A DNA stretch of 64,000 nt from a bacterium (GTDB taxonomy: Bacteria; Zhuqueibacterota; Zhuqueibacteria; Zhuqueibacterales; Zhuqueibacteraceae). Below, piece after piece: positions 48,300 through 58,519 of the stretch (within the stretch, counting starts at the first letter, position 1; every line of letters starts with the position of its first letter). Location: the NCBI GenBank assembly GCA_044869275.1, contig JBIOXB010000036.1:25621-89620 (forward strand). Direction: 5' to 3'. The translations under genes and the position numbers were made by a program. The notes below the pieces were generated by a model. The model was not told the DNA's origin and ran no database searches. It saw only the letters and a list, made by a program, of their open reading frames with translations.

Positions 48300-49490
48300 T
48301 CACGAAAAGGCTGCAATCTGAAAGCCGAGCTCGCGTAATGTTTCGGCAAGAGGCGCCTGGCCTGGGTCGCAACTGAGGGTGTAGCTGCCGAACTCCCGGC
48401 GGATGGGATAGGCGCGCCGCAGTTGATCGAAATGCCTGCCGCGTTGCACTGCTGTCCAATCGTCTCGATAAAACCCGGCGCGCAATGCGCGATCGTCCGC
48501 AGCGATGTCGTAAGCGTGGCAGACGGCTTCATGCAAAATCTCGAGGTTGCTGCGCGTGCTTGCAGCAATTTTGATGAGGTGCCGAGCTGGAGCGGGAAGA
48601 TGCCGTGTGGCGTCCCATGCCGGTGCCGCCTTTAGAAAGGCACACAACGCCTCATAAATTTGCCGCGTGCCTTGCAGCTTGCCTTCAAAAGAATAGCCGG
48701 CAATATGCGGCGTGGCAAGATGCACGCCGCGCAGTAATTCCAGATCCAGATGCGGTTCGTTTTCCCAAACGTCCAGAATGGCGCCGGCGAGATGGTTCGC
48801 CTGCAAGGCTTTTTTTAACGCGAGATTATCGACGACGGCACCGCGTGCGGTATTGAGCAACACACTGCCGCGTTTCATGGCGGATAAACGCGCTTCATTA
48901 AAAAGATGATAGGTGGGCTCGGGGCCAGTCGAAGTGAGCGGGGTGTGCAGCGTGATGAAATCCGCCTGCCCCAGATCAGACAAGGGCAAAAACTCGAACG
49001 GCGGCGCCTCTCGGGCGTTGCGAAATTTCCTTGCCAAAGGGGGATCGTTGACCAGGACGTTCAGTCCCAGCGCGCGCGCTTTGGGAATCACGCGGCTGCC
49101 AACATTGCCCGCGCCAACGACGCCGAGACTTTTTCCTGCCAATTCGAGGTTGTGGGATACCGCCCAGTGCAGCAAGGCCGCGATCACATATTCCGCCACG
49201 GAATTGGCGTTGGAGCCGATGGCGCTCGCGAATGCAATGTTGCTGGCCGCCAAGTATTCGCGATCGAGGTGATCGAAGCCGATGGTCGCCGTGCCCACGA
49301 ATCGAACCGGCGTGCCGCGCAGCAGGGCATCGTTTACGGTCGTGATCGAGCGCACCAAAAGCACTTCAACGTCGAGCAAGACTTCACGCGTAATCGCGCG
49401 GCCGGGCAGGAGGCGCACCTCACCCAGAGACCCAAACGCCTCTTTCGCGAAGGGAAGGTTTTCGTCAGCAAGGATTTTGAGCACGATCAA
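48300..49490 (-). CDS. pdxB: erythronate-4-phosphate dehydrogenase
   Basis: ILADENLP, LLVRSIT, TATIGFDH, GSNANSVAEY, GAGNVG, LDVWENEP, TPHIAGYS, FDQLRRAYPIRRE. Confidence 0.94.
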   Translation of the reverse strand: MIVLKILADENLPFAKEAFGSLGEVRLLPGRAITREVLLDVEVLLVRSITTVNDALLRGTPVRFVGTATIGFDHLDREYLAASNIAFASAIGSNANSVAEYVIAALLHWAVSHNLELAGKSLGVVGAGNVGSRVIPKARALGLNVLVNDPPLARKFRNAREAPPFEFLPLSDLGQADFITLHTPLTSTGPEPTYHLFNEARLSAMKRGSVLLNTARGAVVDNLALKKALQANHLAGAILDVWENEPHLDLELLRGVHLATPHIAGYSFEGKLQGTRQIYEALCAFLKAAPAWDATRHLPAPARHLIKIAASTRSNLEILHEAVCHAYDIAADDRALRAGFYRDDWTAVQRGRHFDQLRRAYPIRREFGSYTLSCDPGQAPLAETLRELGFQIAAFS

Positions 49491-49529
49491 GCGGCGTGAA
49501 GGTTCTCAGTTCCAGCAGGAAACAGGAGG

Positions 49530-49570
49530 GCTGCACAGTGCACCTCGACTAGCAACGCGCACTGTGCAGC
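49530..49570. terminator. hairpin downstream of the RRM gene
   Basis: GCTGCACAGTGC / GCACTGTGCAGC, perfect 12-bp stem with a weak U-tract. Confidence 0.4.
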
Positions 49571-49646
49571 AAGAAAAGTTGATTGCATCATTAAGCACAG
49601 CAAGATGCTGTGATCGGTGGTGCAGAAGCTGGCGTCTCAACGGGAA

Positions 49647-50009
49647 TCAATAACGCCCGCCGCCTCTGCGCCCGCCGCCACCACCGTAGCCACCACCGCT
49701 GCTGCGCCCACCGCCGCTGCGGCCGCCACCGCTGCGACCGCCACCACCACCGCCGCCCGTTCTTTCGCGGCGCTCGCGCGCTTCATTCACAATCAAAGAA
49801 CGGCCTTGCAGCTCTTTGCCGTTCATTTCACGCATCGCCGTGGTGGCTTGCGCTTTGGCTGGCATTTCCACAAAGGCAAAACCGCGCGACTCGCCGGTGA
49901 ACTTGTCCTTGATGAGGGTCACGGCAGAGACATCCCCGTACGCGGCAAACGCCTCCTTCAACTCGTCTTCAGTCACCGCATGTGCAAGATTCCCCACATA
50001 GATGTTCAT
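49647..50009 (-). CDS. RRM RNA-binding protein with Gly-rich tail
   Basis: RNP2 IYVGNL, RNP1 RGFAFVEM, VNEARE, GGGR repeats. Confidence 0.95.
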   Translation of the reverse strand: MNIYVGNLAHAVTEDELKEAFAAYGDVSAVTLIKDKFTGESRGFAFVEMPAKAQATTAMREMNGKELQGRSLIVNEARERRERTGGGGGGGRSGGGRSGGGRSSGGGYGGGGGRRGGGRY

Positions 50010-50240
50010 GGGTCCATCTCCTTTGAAAGATAATTTGTTTCCGCGTGCTTCCAGCCATCACGCTGGAGCAGCGGAGGGCCCGCGTTTCTGTTTTGCCTCG
50101 CGATTTCTCAGATGGAACCTCAACAAAGAAGATCGGGACGAAGGGAAAGCGGGAGTGGATTGAGTGTTATGGTGGATTGCTCATGGCACCAGATACCGCG
50201 GCCTGACCAATCGCAAGGTTGTAGCCTCAGCCGGTTTTGC

Positions 50241-52220
50241 TTATGTCAAGCTATTTTCGCTCGTGGGCGCATCGACAATTTCCACCAGCGCCGCGCCGGT
50301 GTGAGCGATGCGTACGGGCACTTCGTATGCGGCTTGCCGTATCAAGCACAGGCCGCGTTGTTTCTCGCAATAATAATACAGCAATTCGAGCCGGAACGCG
50401 GACTCCGCCGCCTGGGAGTGCACACGCAAAGGCACGGTGATTTCGGTTCCGGGTGACGCCAGCGTGAGCGCAGCGGAGGGAAAAACCAGCGCGTCATTAA
50501 GGCTGCGCATCATGAGCTGCACGGGCGAACCTTCATTCAATTCCGCTTCCTCAGGCAAGAGTATTTTCACATGAATCTCCGCCGCGCCCGGGGCCAACAC
50601 TCGCGCCGGCAATTTCGTCACGGGCGTATGTTTCGATACCAAGCGCTCGAGGCTGGGCAACGCTTGCGGCTTGAGGCGCAACGTGCCGGTCTCCTGGCTG
50701 GGCAGATCGACCACGCGAATGGCGTGATTGTTGGCGTCTGCCACATACATTTTTCCATTGAGAACGGCCAGACCCGACGGTTCGGAGAAACGCGAGGAGA
50801 GTCCATCGACGTGCCCGGTTTTGCCCTCGCCGAGCAGCGTCTTGCAGGTGCGCAGATTGGGATCAATAACTTTGATTTTGTGGTTGTAGGTATCGGCGAG
50901 ATAAAGCCTGCCCTCCTGAAACAACACGCCCAGAGGGTGCTGCAAGCGCACGCTGTCCGCCGTGCCATCCTGATCGCCGTATTGAAACAAATCGCCGCCC
51001 ACGAGTGTGCTCACGCGGTCGCTGCGCATGTCGATTTGACGCACGCTGGAGATCTCGCTGTCCGCGATGAATAAGCGCGTCAACTGCCCGCCGATGACTT
51101 CGCCGGTGATGCCGCTGGGCTGCGCGAACGCGGCTTGCATGCGCTCACCGTCACGCCGCGCTTCGTGGCCCGTGCCGGCGAAAGGCTCGATGCGATTCGT
51201 TTTCAAATCAATCGACCAGATTTGATGCGGGCCGGCCATGGCGATATAACCCGTGTGCCCGTGAATGAAGATATCCCACGGCGAATTCAACGGTATTTTC
51301 AAGCCAGACCCCCCGCGCTGCACATAACTGCCTTGCTCGCCCGTGCCTGCAATCGTCGTCACGCTGCGTGCAGCCAAATCCACGCGGCGCAAGAGGTGGT
51401 TTTCCGTATCGCAAACGATCAAATCGTCGCCATGAAAAGCCATGCCCTGCGGGCGGTTAAAGTGTGCGGTTTCAAAATCGCCGTCGTCGCGTCCGGGCAC
51501 ACCGGCACCGATGATTTCTTTTAACGTACCATCGGGCGTGCACACCAGCAAACGATCGTGATTGGAATCGGCTATGGCGAGCCGTTTATGCTTGAGATCG
51601 GCGGTAATTTTACCGGGGAAGCGCAGAAACGAATCGGGCAAATCCGGCGTTTCGAGCCGGGTGGAGAGCGGGGTGTGGTCCAGTTTATGCTCTTGCGCGA
51701 AGATCGCCAAGGCTGCTTCGACATAATGATCGATGATTTCGCGATTGCCTTCGCCGGAAAACACACCGAGCAGATAACCTTCGGCGTCGATCAATATCAG
51801 GGTCGGCCAGGCACGCACGGTATAAGACTGCCAAATGGCAAATTCGGAATCAACCACCACGGGATGTTCCACCGCCAAGCGCAGCACCGCCTGGCGGATG
51901 CTTTGCGTTTCTTTTTCATGCGTAAATTTGGCGGAATGCACACCGATCACCACGAAGGGCTGGCTCGCGTATTTTTTTTCGAGATACTTCAGGTCTGGCA
52001 CGACGTGCATGCAATTGATGCAGCAAGACGTCCAAAAATCGAGCAACACCATTTTGCCGCGCAACTCCGCCAACTGCACCGGCCGTGGCGTGTTCAGCCA
52101 ATCCAAGCCTTCAGGAAAAGCCGGCGCTTTGATCTTATGCTTGGTGCGCACTTCGCGGATTTTTTCCTGAATCTGATTCTTCAGCGACAAGCGGTCCGCA
52201 TCTGTTCTAATCGGTGTCAT
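50241..52220 (-). CDS. thioredoxin-like + NHL-repeat protein (NHLRC2/SOQ1-like)
   Basis: DFWTSCCINCMH, GVHSAKF, AWPT, repeated IADSNH/DTENH/ADTYNH NHL units. Confidence 0.92.
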   Translation of the reverse strand: MTPIRTDADRLSLKNQIQEKIREVRTKHKIKAPAFPEGLDWLNTPRPVQLAELRGKMVLLDFWTSCCINCMHVVPDLKYLEKKYASQPFVVIGVHSAKFTHEKETQSIRQAVLRLAVEHPVVVDSEFAIWQSYTVRAWPTLILIDAEGYLLGVFSGEGNREIIDHYVEAALAIFAQEHKLDHTPLSTRLETPDLPDSFLRFPGKITADLKHKRLAIADSNHDRLLVCTPDGTLKEIIGAGVPGRDDGDFETAHFNRPQGMAFHGDDLIVCDTENHLLRRVDLAARSVTTIAGTGEQGSYVQRGGSGLKIPLNSPWDIFIHGHTGYIAMAGPHQIWSIDLKTNRIEPFAGTGHEARRDGERMQAAFAQPSGITGEVIGGQLTRLFIADSEISSVRQIDMRSDRVSTLVGGDLFQYGDQDGTADSVRLQHPLGVLFQEGRLYLADTYNHKIKVIDPNLRTCKTLLGEGKTGHVDGLSSRFSEPSGLAVLNGKMYVADANNHAIRVVDLPSQETGTLRLKPQALPSLERLVSKHTPVTKLPARVLAPGAAEIHVKILLPEEAELNEGSPVQLMMRSLNDALVFPSAALTLASPGTEITVPLRVHSQAAESAFRLELLYYYCEKQRGLCLIRQAAYEVPVRIAHTGAALVEIVDAPTSENSLT

Positions 52221-52443
52221 ATGTTGCAGCAGAGCATGATTCGCATGAGAGCGCTCGTTCGACTTGCTTGCAGAGGTGTTCCGCAGGAGTCAGAAAGCGG
52301 CTAAAGATAATAGGCAAAACACGGTTGAGATACAAGAGGTATTTTGGGGAAAAACCCAGCGCCAAAAGCCAAATACCAAATTGAAACGTCGCATTTTGCC
52401 CTTGGAAACACTATCTTATCTTGGATTCAATGGAGGAAAGAAA

Positions 52444-53178
52444 ATGCCTGAGAAAGTTGCTCTCATCACCGGCGGCAGCCGCGGCATCGGACGTGCCCTG
52501 GCTTTGGCGCTTGCCGGAAGCGGCTGGCATGTCGCAATCTGTTATCGCAAAAGCCGTGGGCAAGCGGAAGAGACCGTGCAAGCAATCTTTGCCCAGGGCG
52601 CCACCGGCCGCGCCGATCTTTGTGATATTTCCGAGGCGCACGCCGCCGCACACTGGGTGCAAACCGTCGCCACGGCATGGGGCCGCATCGATGCACTGAT
52701 CAATTGCGCGGGTATGTATCATCGCGTGCCCCTTTTTGAGGAAACGATCGCCGGCTGGCATGAAATGTTCGATCATAACCTCCATCCGGTGTTCTATCTG
52801 GCCCGGGCAGCAGCTCCCGGCATGCAAGCGCGGCGGTGGGGCCGCATCATCAATTTCAGCATGGCCGGCGCCGATCAAATGCGCGGCCAGCCCTTCGTCA
52901 CCGCGCATTATATCGCCAAAGCCGGCGTACTGATTCTGACGCGCACGCTGGCCAAGGTTTTGGCGGCAGACGGCATCACGGTGAACTGCATTTCGCCCGG
53001 CTTTATTGACTCCGGCAGCACGCCGGCGGAAGAGTTGCAGCAAATGGCCAAGAGCATTCCCGCGGGTTATATTGGCGCGGTGGATGACGCCGTGGCGATT
53101 TGCTGCTTCTTGCTTTCGGAAGAAGCGCGTTACATCAACGGCGCGAATATTCAGGTGAGCGGCGGATGGGGAGTGTGA
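52444..53178 (+). CDS. SDR family oxidoreductase
   Basis: TGGSRGIG, INCAG, YIAK in the catalytic region, VNCISPG. GGAGG RBS present. Confidence 0.9.
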   Translation: MPEKVALITGGSRGIGRALALALAGSGWHVAICYRKSRGQAEETVQAIFAQGATGRADLCDISEAHAAAHWVQTVATAWGRIDALINCAGMYHRVPLFEETIAGWHEMFDHNLHPVFYLARAAAPGMQARRWGRIINFSMAGADQMRGQPFVTAHYIAKAGVLILTRTLAKVLAADGITVNCISPGFIDSGSTPAEELQQMAKSIPAGYIGAVDDAVAICCFLLSEEARYINGANIQVSGGWGV

Positions 53179-53186
53179 GGCGATGA

Positions 53187-53606
53187 CTAAGGGGTTTTTT
53201 GCAGATACGCCAAAACAAATCGTTCGAATTCTCGAAAATCATCCAGCCGATTGAGCTGGTCGAAGACGATCGCGCGATCGATCTTCAAATAAGCATGCAC
53301 TAAAATGTTCCGAAAGTTGACCATGCCGGCGATGGTCTCGGCAAAGGCGCGCGGCAGCACGCCTTGATCTCCAAGCTCAATTATAGCGTCGGTATTATCG
53401 GCGGGTCGCGGCCAACTCTTTTGGCTAATGAGATAATGCGCGATGTCCAGAACGCACTCGATGCAAAGCTGCAAGCACCGTTCCGCCAGTTTGTGAATCT
53501 TGGGATCCTGAACGAATCTCTGAATGGGGTACTGGCGGAGCTCATCGAGAATTTCCAGATTCTTGCCGATTTCTTCCAAACGCTCGTGTACGATAAAATG
53601 ATTCAT
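53187..53606 (-). CDS. HEPN (DUF86/HepT-like) ribonuclease toxin
   Basis: AERCLQ and RNILVHAY (Rx4HxY). Confidence 0.9.
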   Translation of the reverse strand: MNHFIVHERLEEIGKNLEILDELRQYPIQRFVQDPKIHKLAERCLQLCIECVLDIAHYLISQKSWPRPADNTDAIIELGDQGVLPRAFAETIAGMVNFRNILVHAYLKIDRAIVFDQLNRLDDFREFERFVLAYLQKTP

Positions 53607-54031
53607 GCTTCTACACCCAGGATTCGTCGTTGCCGCGCTGCGATGTGAACGCTCTGAAAGTGACAGTAATCTTCATAGTCACGATATGTCCTGCTCTGAA
53701 AATGAAAAATCAATTCAGGGTTGGAGAAATAGCATACGCTTCCGCCTTTCACCACTTCATAGCGCAACAATGGTGGCGCAAAATTCAAAATCGTCACGTC
53801 CACTTTGCGCTGCACGCGTTTCCGCAACGCCGATTGCATCAGTGCGGTATGGCGGAATCGTTCCAGCGGCGCAACTTTTTCTTCAAAAAGAACGGCGACA
53901 TCTACGTCGCTCTCCGGCGCAAAGCGTTCCGAATTGATCGAGCCAAAAAGATAAACCAGGGCAACGCCGTATTTTTGATAGAATGCCGGTTCGAGCTTGG
54001 AGATGAGGGCTTTTATTTCTTGATTCGTCAT
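53603..54031 (-). CDS. minimal nucleotidyltransferase antitoxin (MntA-like)
   Basis: YLFGS-x10-DVD (GSINSERFAPESDVD), VDVTILN. 4-bp overlap with the HEPN gene. Confidence 0.9.
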   Translation of the reverse strand: MTNQEIKALISKLEPAFYQKYGVALVYLFGSINSERFAPESDVDVAVLFEEKVAPLERFRHTALMQSALRKRVQRKVDVTILNFAPPLLRYEVVKGGSVCYFSNPELIFHFQSRTYRDYEDYCHFQSVHIAARQRRILGVEA

Positions 54032-54311
54032 ATTTAAATTTACGCACCGTATTTTCACCAAACAAGGAGTTTCATGTGGCCGCCAGGTTGTCCTCCGCAT
54101 GATATTGCGAAAAACCGTGGTTTTGATTTTGACGCACAGTTGCCCAAATTCTGGGGTCGAACGTTATCTCCGCGAATAGCATACTGAGCGGAGTTATAGT
54201 CGCTATCCAGTATCAGCCCAACCTGGTTAGTTCATAAAATTAAACCGCCGAGACACCGAGTTCACATAGAATATCAAGTTGTCGAATAGCTTCGGTTAGT
54301 GGCAGCCTCTT

Positions 54312-55673
54312 TCATGCCTGCAAGCGCTGCTCAATCATCTGCTCCGCCTTATTCCAATCCAATTCCTCCAAACTGGAAATGGCACGGCACAGTTCCTCCA
54401 GAATTCCATCCTGAATCGTGCCTTTCTCCAGCGCAAGCGCATAGGGCAGGCGATGGAACGTCACCATCGCGTACTTCGGAATGAATATATCCGGGAATTT
54501 TTGCTGCAAGGCTTGTTCGACTTTTTTCTTCAACAGAAACTGCGGATCAGCGACGCGGTCGCGCATCTCGATGAAATTTTCCAAAGCCAAATCAGCAATG
54601 GCATCGGTGTTTCTTTTGCGCAAACTTTCGAACCTGCAGAAAGCTTCTTCCCAATCGCCGTCGAAATCGTCCAAAACCGCATTCAATACCGTACAATCTT
54701 CGAACGCGCAGTTTACGCCTTGTCCGAAGAACGGCACGATCGCGTGCGCGGCATCGCCGAGCAGCAGGGCTTTGCCGTCTAAGTACCAGGGCTCGCAACG
54801 AACGGTCATCATCGCACCCGTGGGATTGGCAAAGTAGCTCTCCAGCAAATTCGGCATCAGCGGCACCACGTCGGAAAATTGTTGCCGGAAAAAGTGCAGC
54901 ACTTTCTCCCCGGAATCCAGGCTCGCGAAGCTGGGCTCACCTTTGTAGGGAAAGAAGAAAATGCAGGCGAAGCTGCCATCGGTGTTGGGCAGGGCGATGA
55001 GCATGTAGGTTTTGCGCGGCCAGATGTGCAAGGCGTTTTTTTCGATCAAAAACTCTCCCGCCGCTCCGGCAGAAATCGTGAGCTCTTTATAGCCGTGCTC
55101 CAGGTACTGCTGCGAGAAATTGAAACGTCCGGCTTTCTGCATTTCCGCACGAATGGCAGAGGCCGAGCCGTCCGTGCCGATCACGACCTCGGTTGCGATC
55201 TTCGCGGTCTGCTGGCTGGTCTCATCCCATAATTCGATCTCGCCGGTATTGAAATTCATGGCCGTGCAGCGCTGGTTGAAATGGATTCTGACATTGCCAT
55301 TTCGTTCTGCCTCCGCCAGCAGCGCCTTGTTCAGCTCGCCGCGCAACACCGCGTAGATCACCTCAGAATCGTCCTTGCCGTAGCGTTGAAACGTGAGGCC
55401 GCCCTCGAGGGCGTGCATCATGCGGCCTTTCATGGGCACGGCGATTTTCATGATGGCGTCGAACAATCCCACTTGCCGCAAAGCATACAGGCCGCGCGTG
55501 GACAAGGCCAGATTGATCGAACGGCCCGCGGCGATCTCCCTGGTGCGCAGGTCCGGGCGGCGCTCGAATACTTCAACCGCGAAGCCGCGGCGCGCCAGAT
55601 AAATCGCCAGGAGCGCACCGGCCGGGCCGGCGCCGATGAGCGTGATTTTTTTAGCGGGATTCTGCGAGAGCAT
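54312..55673 (-). CDS. kmo: kynurenine 3-monooxygenase
   Basis: GAGPAG, GRSINLALSTRG, GYKEL, ALHIWPR, IALPN, GDAAHAIVPFFGQGVNCAFED. Confidence 0.95.
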   Translation of the reverse strand: MLSQNPAKKITLIGAGPAGALLAIYLARRGFAVEVFERRPDLRTREIAAGRSINLALSTRGLYALRQVGLFDAIMKIAVPMKGRMMHALEGGLTFQRYGKDDSEVIYAVLRGELNKALLAEAERNGNVRIHFNQRCTAMNFNTGEIELWDETSQQTAKIATEVVIGTDGSASAIRAEMQKAGRFNFSQQYLEHGYKELTISAGAAGEFLIEKNALHIWPRKTYMLIALPNTDGSFACIFFFPYKGEPSFASLDSGEKVLHFFRQQFSDVVPLMPNLLESYFANPTGAMMTVRCEPWYLDGKALLLGDAAHAIVPFFGQGVNCAFEDCTVLNAVLDDFDGDWEEAFCRFESLRKRNTDAIADLALENFIEMRDRVADPQFLLKKKVEQALQQKFPDIFIPKYAMVTFHRLPYALALEKGTIQDGILEELCRAISSLEELDWNKAEQMIEQRLQA

Positions 55674-56943
55674 CTTGATGCAATTGCCGAAAAACCTCCG
55701 CGAAGCGAAAAACTTCCATAAACGTGTTGTACAACGGTACAGGGGTGACGCGCAAAACGTCCGGTTCGCGCCAATCGCAAATCACATTTTGCGCGAGCAG
55801 GCGTGCACAGATTTTCTTGCCTGCTTCTGTCATTCGCAAAGAAAGCTGCGCGCCACGCTGATTCTCCTCGCGCGGCGTGATAATCTGGAAATTTGTCTGC
55901 GCCTGCAGATCGAGCAGATATTCGAGATAATTCGTGAGCAACACGCTTTTCGCGCGCAGGGTTTTCATGCCGGCGGCATCGAATATTTCCATGGATGCAC
56001 GCAATGCCGCGAGTTGCAATATCGGCGGGTTGCTCAGTTGCCAGCCCTCGGCCCCGGGAATCGGTTGAAAGTCCGGACCCATCAAAAAACGCGTGTGCTG
56101 GTCATGCCCCCACCAACCTGCCAGGCGCGGCAAGTCGCCGCGCTGCGCGTGACGTTCGTGCACGAAGCAGCCTGCGATGCTGCCCGGCCCCGCGTTCAAA
56201 TACTTGTAGGAACACCACGCTGCAAAATCGACATTCCAATCGTGAAGATGCAGCTCCAGGTTGCCCGCCGCATGCGCCAAATCAAACCCAACGATGCAGC
56301 CGTGCTCGTGTCCCAGTTGCGTGATGCGCTGCATGTCGAACGCCTGGCCGGTGGCATAATTCACGCCGCCGAGCAAAATCAACGCGAGGTGTTCGCCCTC
56401 ACGATGCAGCACCTCTTCAATATCCCCGGCGCGAATGAAAAACTCTCCCGGCCGAGGCGTTAATTCCAGCAAGCCGCGAGCGGGGTTGCAACCATGAAAG
56501 CGCAATTGGGATTTGACTGCGTATTGGTCGGAAGGAAAAGCGCCGCCTTCGATCAGGACTTTGTAGCGCTGCGGCGTGGGGCGATAGAAGGAAACCATCA
56601 AAAGATGCAAATTCACCGTGAGTGAATTCATCACCACCACTTCAATGGGCTGCGCGCCCACCAGGCGCGCGGTTGGTACGGTGAGAGATTCATGATAGGG
56701 CAGCCAGGGATTTTTCGCGTGAAAATGCCCTTCCACCCCGAGCTCGGCCCAATCTTTCAGCTCTTGCTCGACGTGCGCGCTCACCGTGCGCGGCTGCAAG
56801 CCGAGGGAGTTGCCGCAGAAATAAATGCAGTCGCAGCCGTTCTTGGCAGGTGGATAGTGGAAGCGATCACGATATTGGGCCAGCGGATCGCGCGCATCCA
56901 ACTCGCGCGCGAATGCCGGGGTGGGTTCGAAGCGATTGGACAT
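55651..56943 (-). CDS. kynU: kynureninase
   Basis: YFCGNSLGLQP, MNSLTVNLHL, FPSDQY, DLAHAAGN, WCSYKYLNAGPG, GWWGH. Confidence 0.96.
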   Translation of the reverse strand: MSNRFEPTPAFARELDARDPLAQYRDRFHYPPAKNGCDCIYFCGNSLGLQPRTVSAHVEQELKDWAELGVEGHFHAKNPWLPYHESLTVPTARLVGAQPIEVVVMNSLTVNLHLLMVSFYRPTPQRYKVLIEGGAFPSDQYAVKSQLRFHGCNPARGLLELTPRPGEFFIRAGDIEEVLHREGEHLALILLGGVNYATGQAFDMQRITQLGHEHGCIVGFDLAHAAGNLELHLHDWNVDFAAWCSYKYLNAGPGSIAGCFVHERHAQRGDLPRLAGWWGHDQHTRFLMGPDFQPIPGAEGWQLSNPPILQLAALRASMEIFDAAGMKTLRAKSVLLTNYLEYLLDLQAQTNFQIITPREENQRGAQLSLRMTEAGKKICARLLAQNVICDWREPDVLRVTPVPLYNTFMEVFRFAEVFRQLHQDALAESR

Positions 56944-56986
56944 AAGCAAAGACTTTTTCCAATTCCTCACACGCAGATCTGGCCGG

Positions 56987-58057
56987 TTAGTTTTGTATAT
57001 TTGAACGCACCGGTGGGCCCTCTTTCCTCCCCAGCCATTCCAGCGCCGTTCCCCGGAGCAAACGCGCTTTTGTCGCCTCGCTCAAATCCGGTATCGATTC
57101 GATCAGCTTACCCGGCTCTGCTTCACCCAATGGAAAGGGATAGTCCGAGCCAAGCGCTAGGGCGTTTTCACCCATGAGCTCGAGCAGGTAGCGCAGGAGG
57201 CGGGCATCGTGCACCAGCGCATCGAGATAAAATTTGCCCAAGTATGTTTTCGGGTGCACGGGATTGTCAAGCGCGCACAAATCGGGGCGCGCTTCGAAGC
57301 CGTGCGCGATGCGGCCGATGGTCCCGGGAAAGGAGCCGCCGCCATGTGCGAAGGCCACGCGCAATTTCGGCAAGCGTTCGAACAAGCCGCCGAAGACCAT
57401 GCTGCAAATCGCCAGGCAGGTTTCCGCGGGCATGCCGACGAGCCACGGCAGCCAGTATTTCTTCATTCTTTCCTGCCCGAGCACGTCCCAAGGATGCACG
57501 AAGATCGCCGCGCCCAACTGTTCCGCTGCCTGAAAAAACGGAAAAAGATGTGAATCATCCAGATTCCATTCATTCACATGCGAGCCGATCTGGACGCCGG
57601 CCAAGCCGAGCTCTTTGACGCAGCGTTCGAGCTCCTGAACCGCCAAATCCGGCGCCTGCAAGGGCACGGTGCCCAGGCCCGCGAAGCGCGCGGGAAATTC
57701 TGCGATTACCCCGGCGATGTGATCGTTGAGAAAGCGTGACAGATCGAGCCCATCTTCCGGCTTTGCCCAGTACGCGAACATGACCGGCACGGTGGAGAGC
57801 ACCTGCAGCGCCACACCGCAACGATCACAATCGGCCAGGCGCGCGCCCGGCGACCAGGCGTTCTCTTCGATTTCCCGAAACAGCCGGCTGTCGATCATCA
57901 TGCGCGCGCAGCCCGGTGCATGATGCTCGAGCCGTACGAAACCGCCATAGCCGTACTTCTTTTTCCAGTCCGGCCAGGCAGGCGGCAGGATATGCGTGTG
58001 AATATCGATTTTGCCGATGAACGAGGCAGAGCGATCGGAGTGTGAAGGGGAATTCAT
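56987..58057 (-). CDS. 2-amino-3-carboxymuconate-6-semialdehyde decarboxylase (ACMSD, amidohydrolase family)
   Basis: DIHTHILP, LSTVPVMF, FVHPWD, WLVGMPAET, AHGGGSF, GSDYPFPLGE. Adjacent to kynU and kmo. Confidence 0.9.
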   Translation of the reverse strand: MNSPSHSDRSASFIGKIDIHTHILPPAWPDWKKKYGYGGFVRLEHHAPGCARMMIDSRLFREIEENAWSPGARLADCDRCGVALQVLSTVPVMFAYWAKPEDGLDLSRFLNDHIAGVIAEFPARFAGLGTVPLQAPDLAVQELERCVKELGLAGVQIGSHVNEWNLDDSHLFPFFQAAEQLGAAIFVHPWDVLGQERMKKYWLPWLVGMPAETCLAICSMVFGGLFERLPKLRVAFAHGGGSFPGTIGRIAHGFEARPDLCALDNPVHPKTYLGKFYLDALVHDARLLRYLLELMGENALALGSDYPFPLGEAEPGKLIESIPDLSEATKARLLRGTALEWLGRKEGPPVRSNIQN

Positions 58058-58102
58058 ACTTGTTTCTGAAGCCGGGCCACCACAGTCAGGGCACGCGGCC
58101 AT

Positions 58103-58519
58103 TCACTCGCCGTGCAATTGTACCACGATTTCCCGGCGGCGCGGGCGATTGTCAAAATCCACCACCACAATCTGCTGCCAGGTACCCAGCAACAGCTTAC
58201 CGTGTGCAAAGGGCACGACGAGAGAGGGACCCAGCAGCGCGGCGCGCACATGCGCGAAGCCGTTGCCGTCCCCCCAGGTATCATCGTGCGCATATCGCAT
58301 TTTCATCGGCGCGATCTTTTCGAAGGCAGCCGGCAGGTCTTGCAGCAGGCCCGGTTCAAATTCAATCGTTGTGATGCCGGCGGTTGATCCGGAAACGAAG
58401 ATCGTCGCCGTGCCTTGTTGCAAGCCCGAAGCTTGCAAGCGATCTGTCACTTGCGGCGTCAGATCATTGATGTCGGTGAAACCCTGGGTGGAAATTGGGA
58501 TGTTGGACGTGATGATCAT
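58103..58519 (-). CDS. yjbQ: YjbQ/UPF0047 family protein
   Basis: GSTAGITTIE, HDDTWGDGNGFAHVRA, LGTWQQI, DFD. Confidence 0.92.
   Translation of the reverse strand: MIITSNIPISTQGFTDINDLTPQVTDRLQASGLQQGTATIFVSGSTAGITTIEFEPGLLQDLPAAFEKIAPMKMRYAHDDTWGDGNGFAHVRAALLGPSLVVPFAHGKLLLGTWQQIVVVDFDNRPRRREIVVQLHGE

Noticed and set aside
49650..49760. CCGCCG/CCACCG repeats
   Set aside because: These are codons of the Gly-rich RRM tail, not an independent repeat or CRISPR array.
54074..54187. 37-aa plus-strand ORF with AAGGAG upstream
   Set aside because: The RBS spacing is only 4 nt, there are no recognisable features, and it lies in the TA promoter region.
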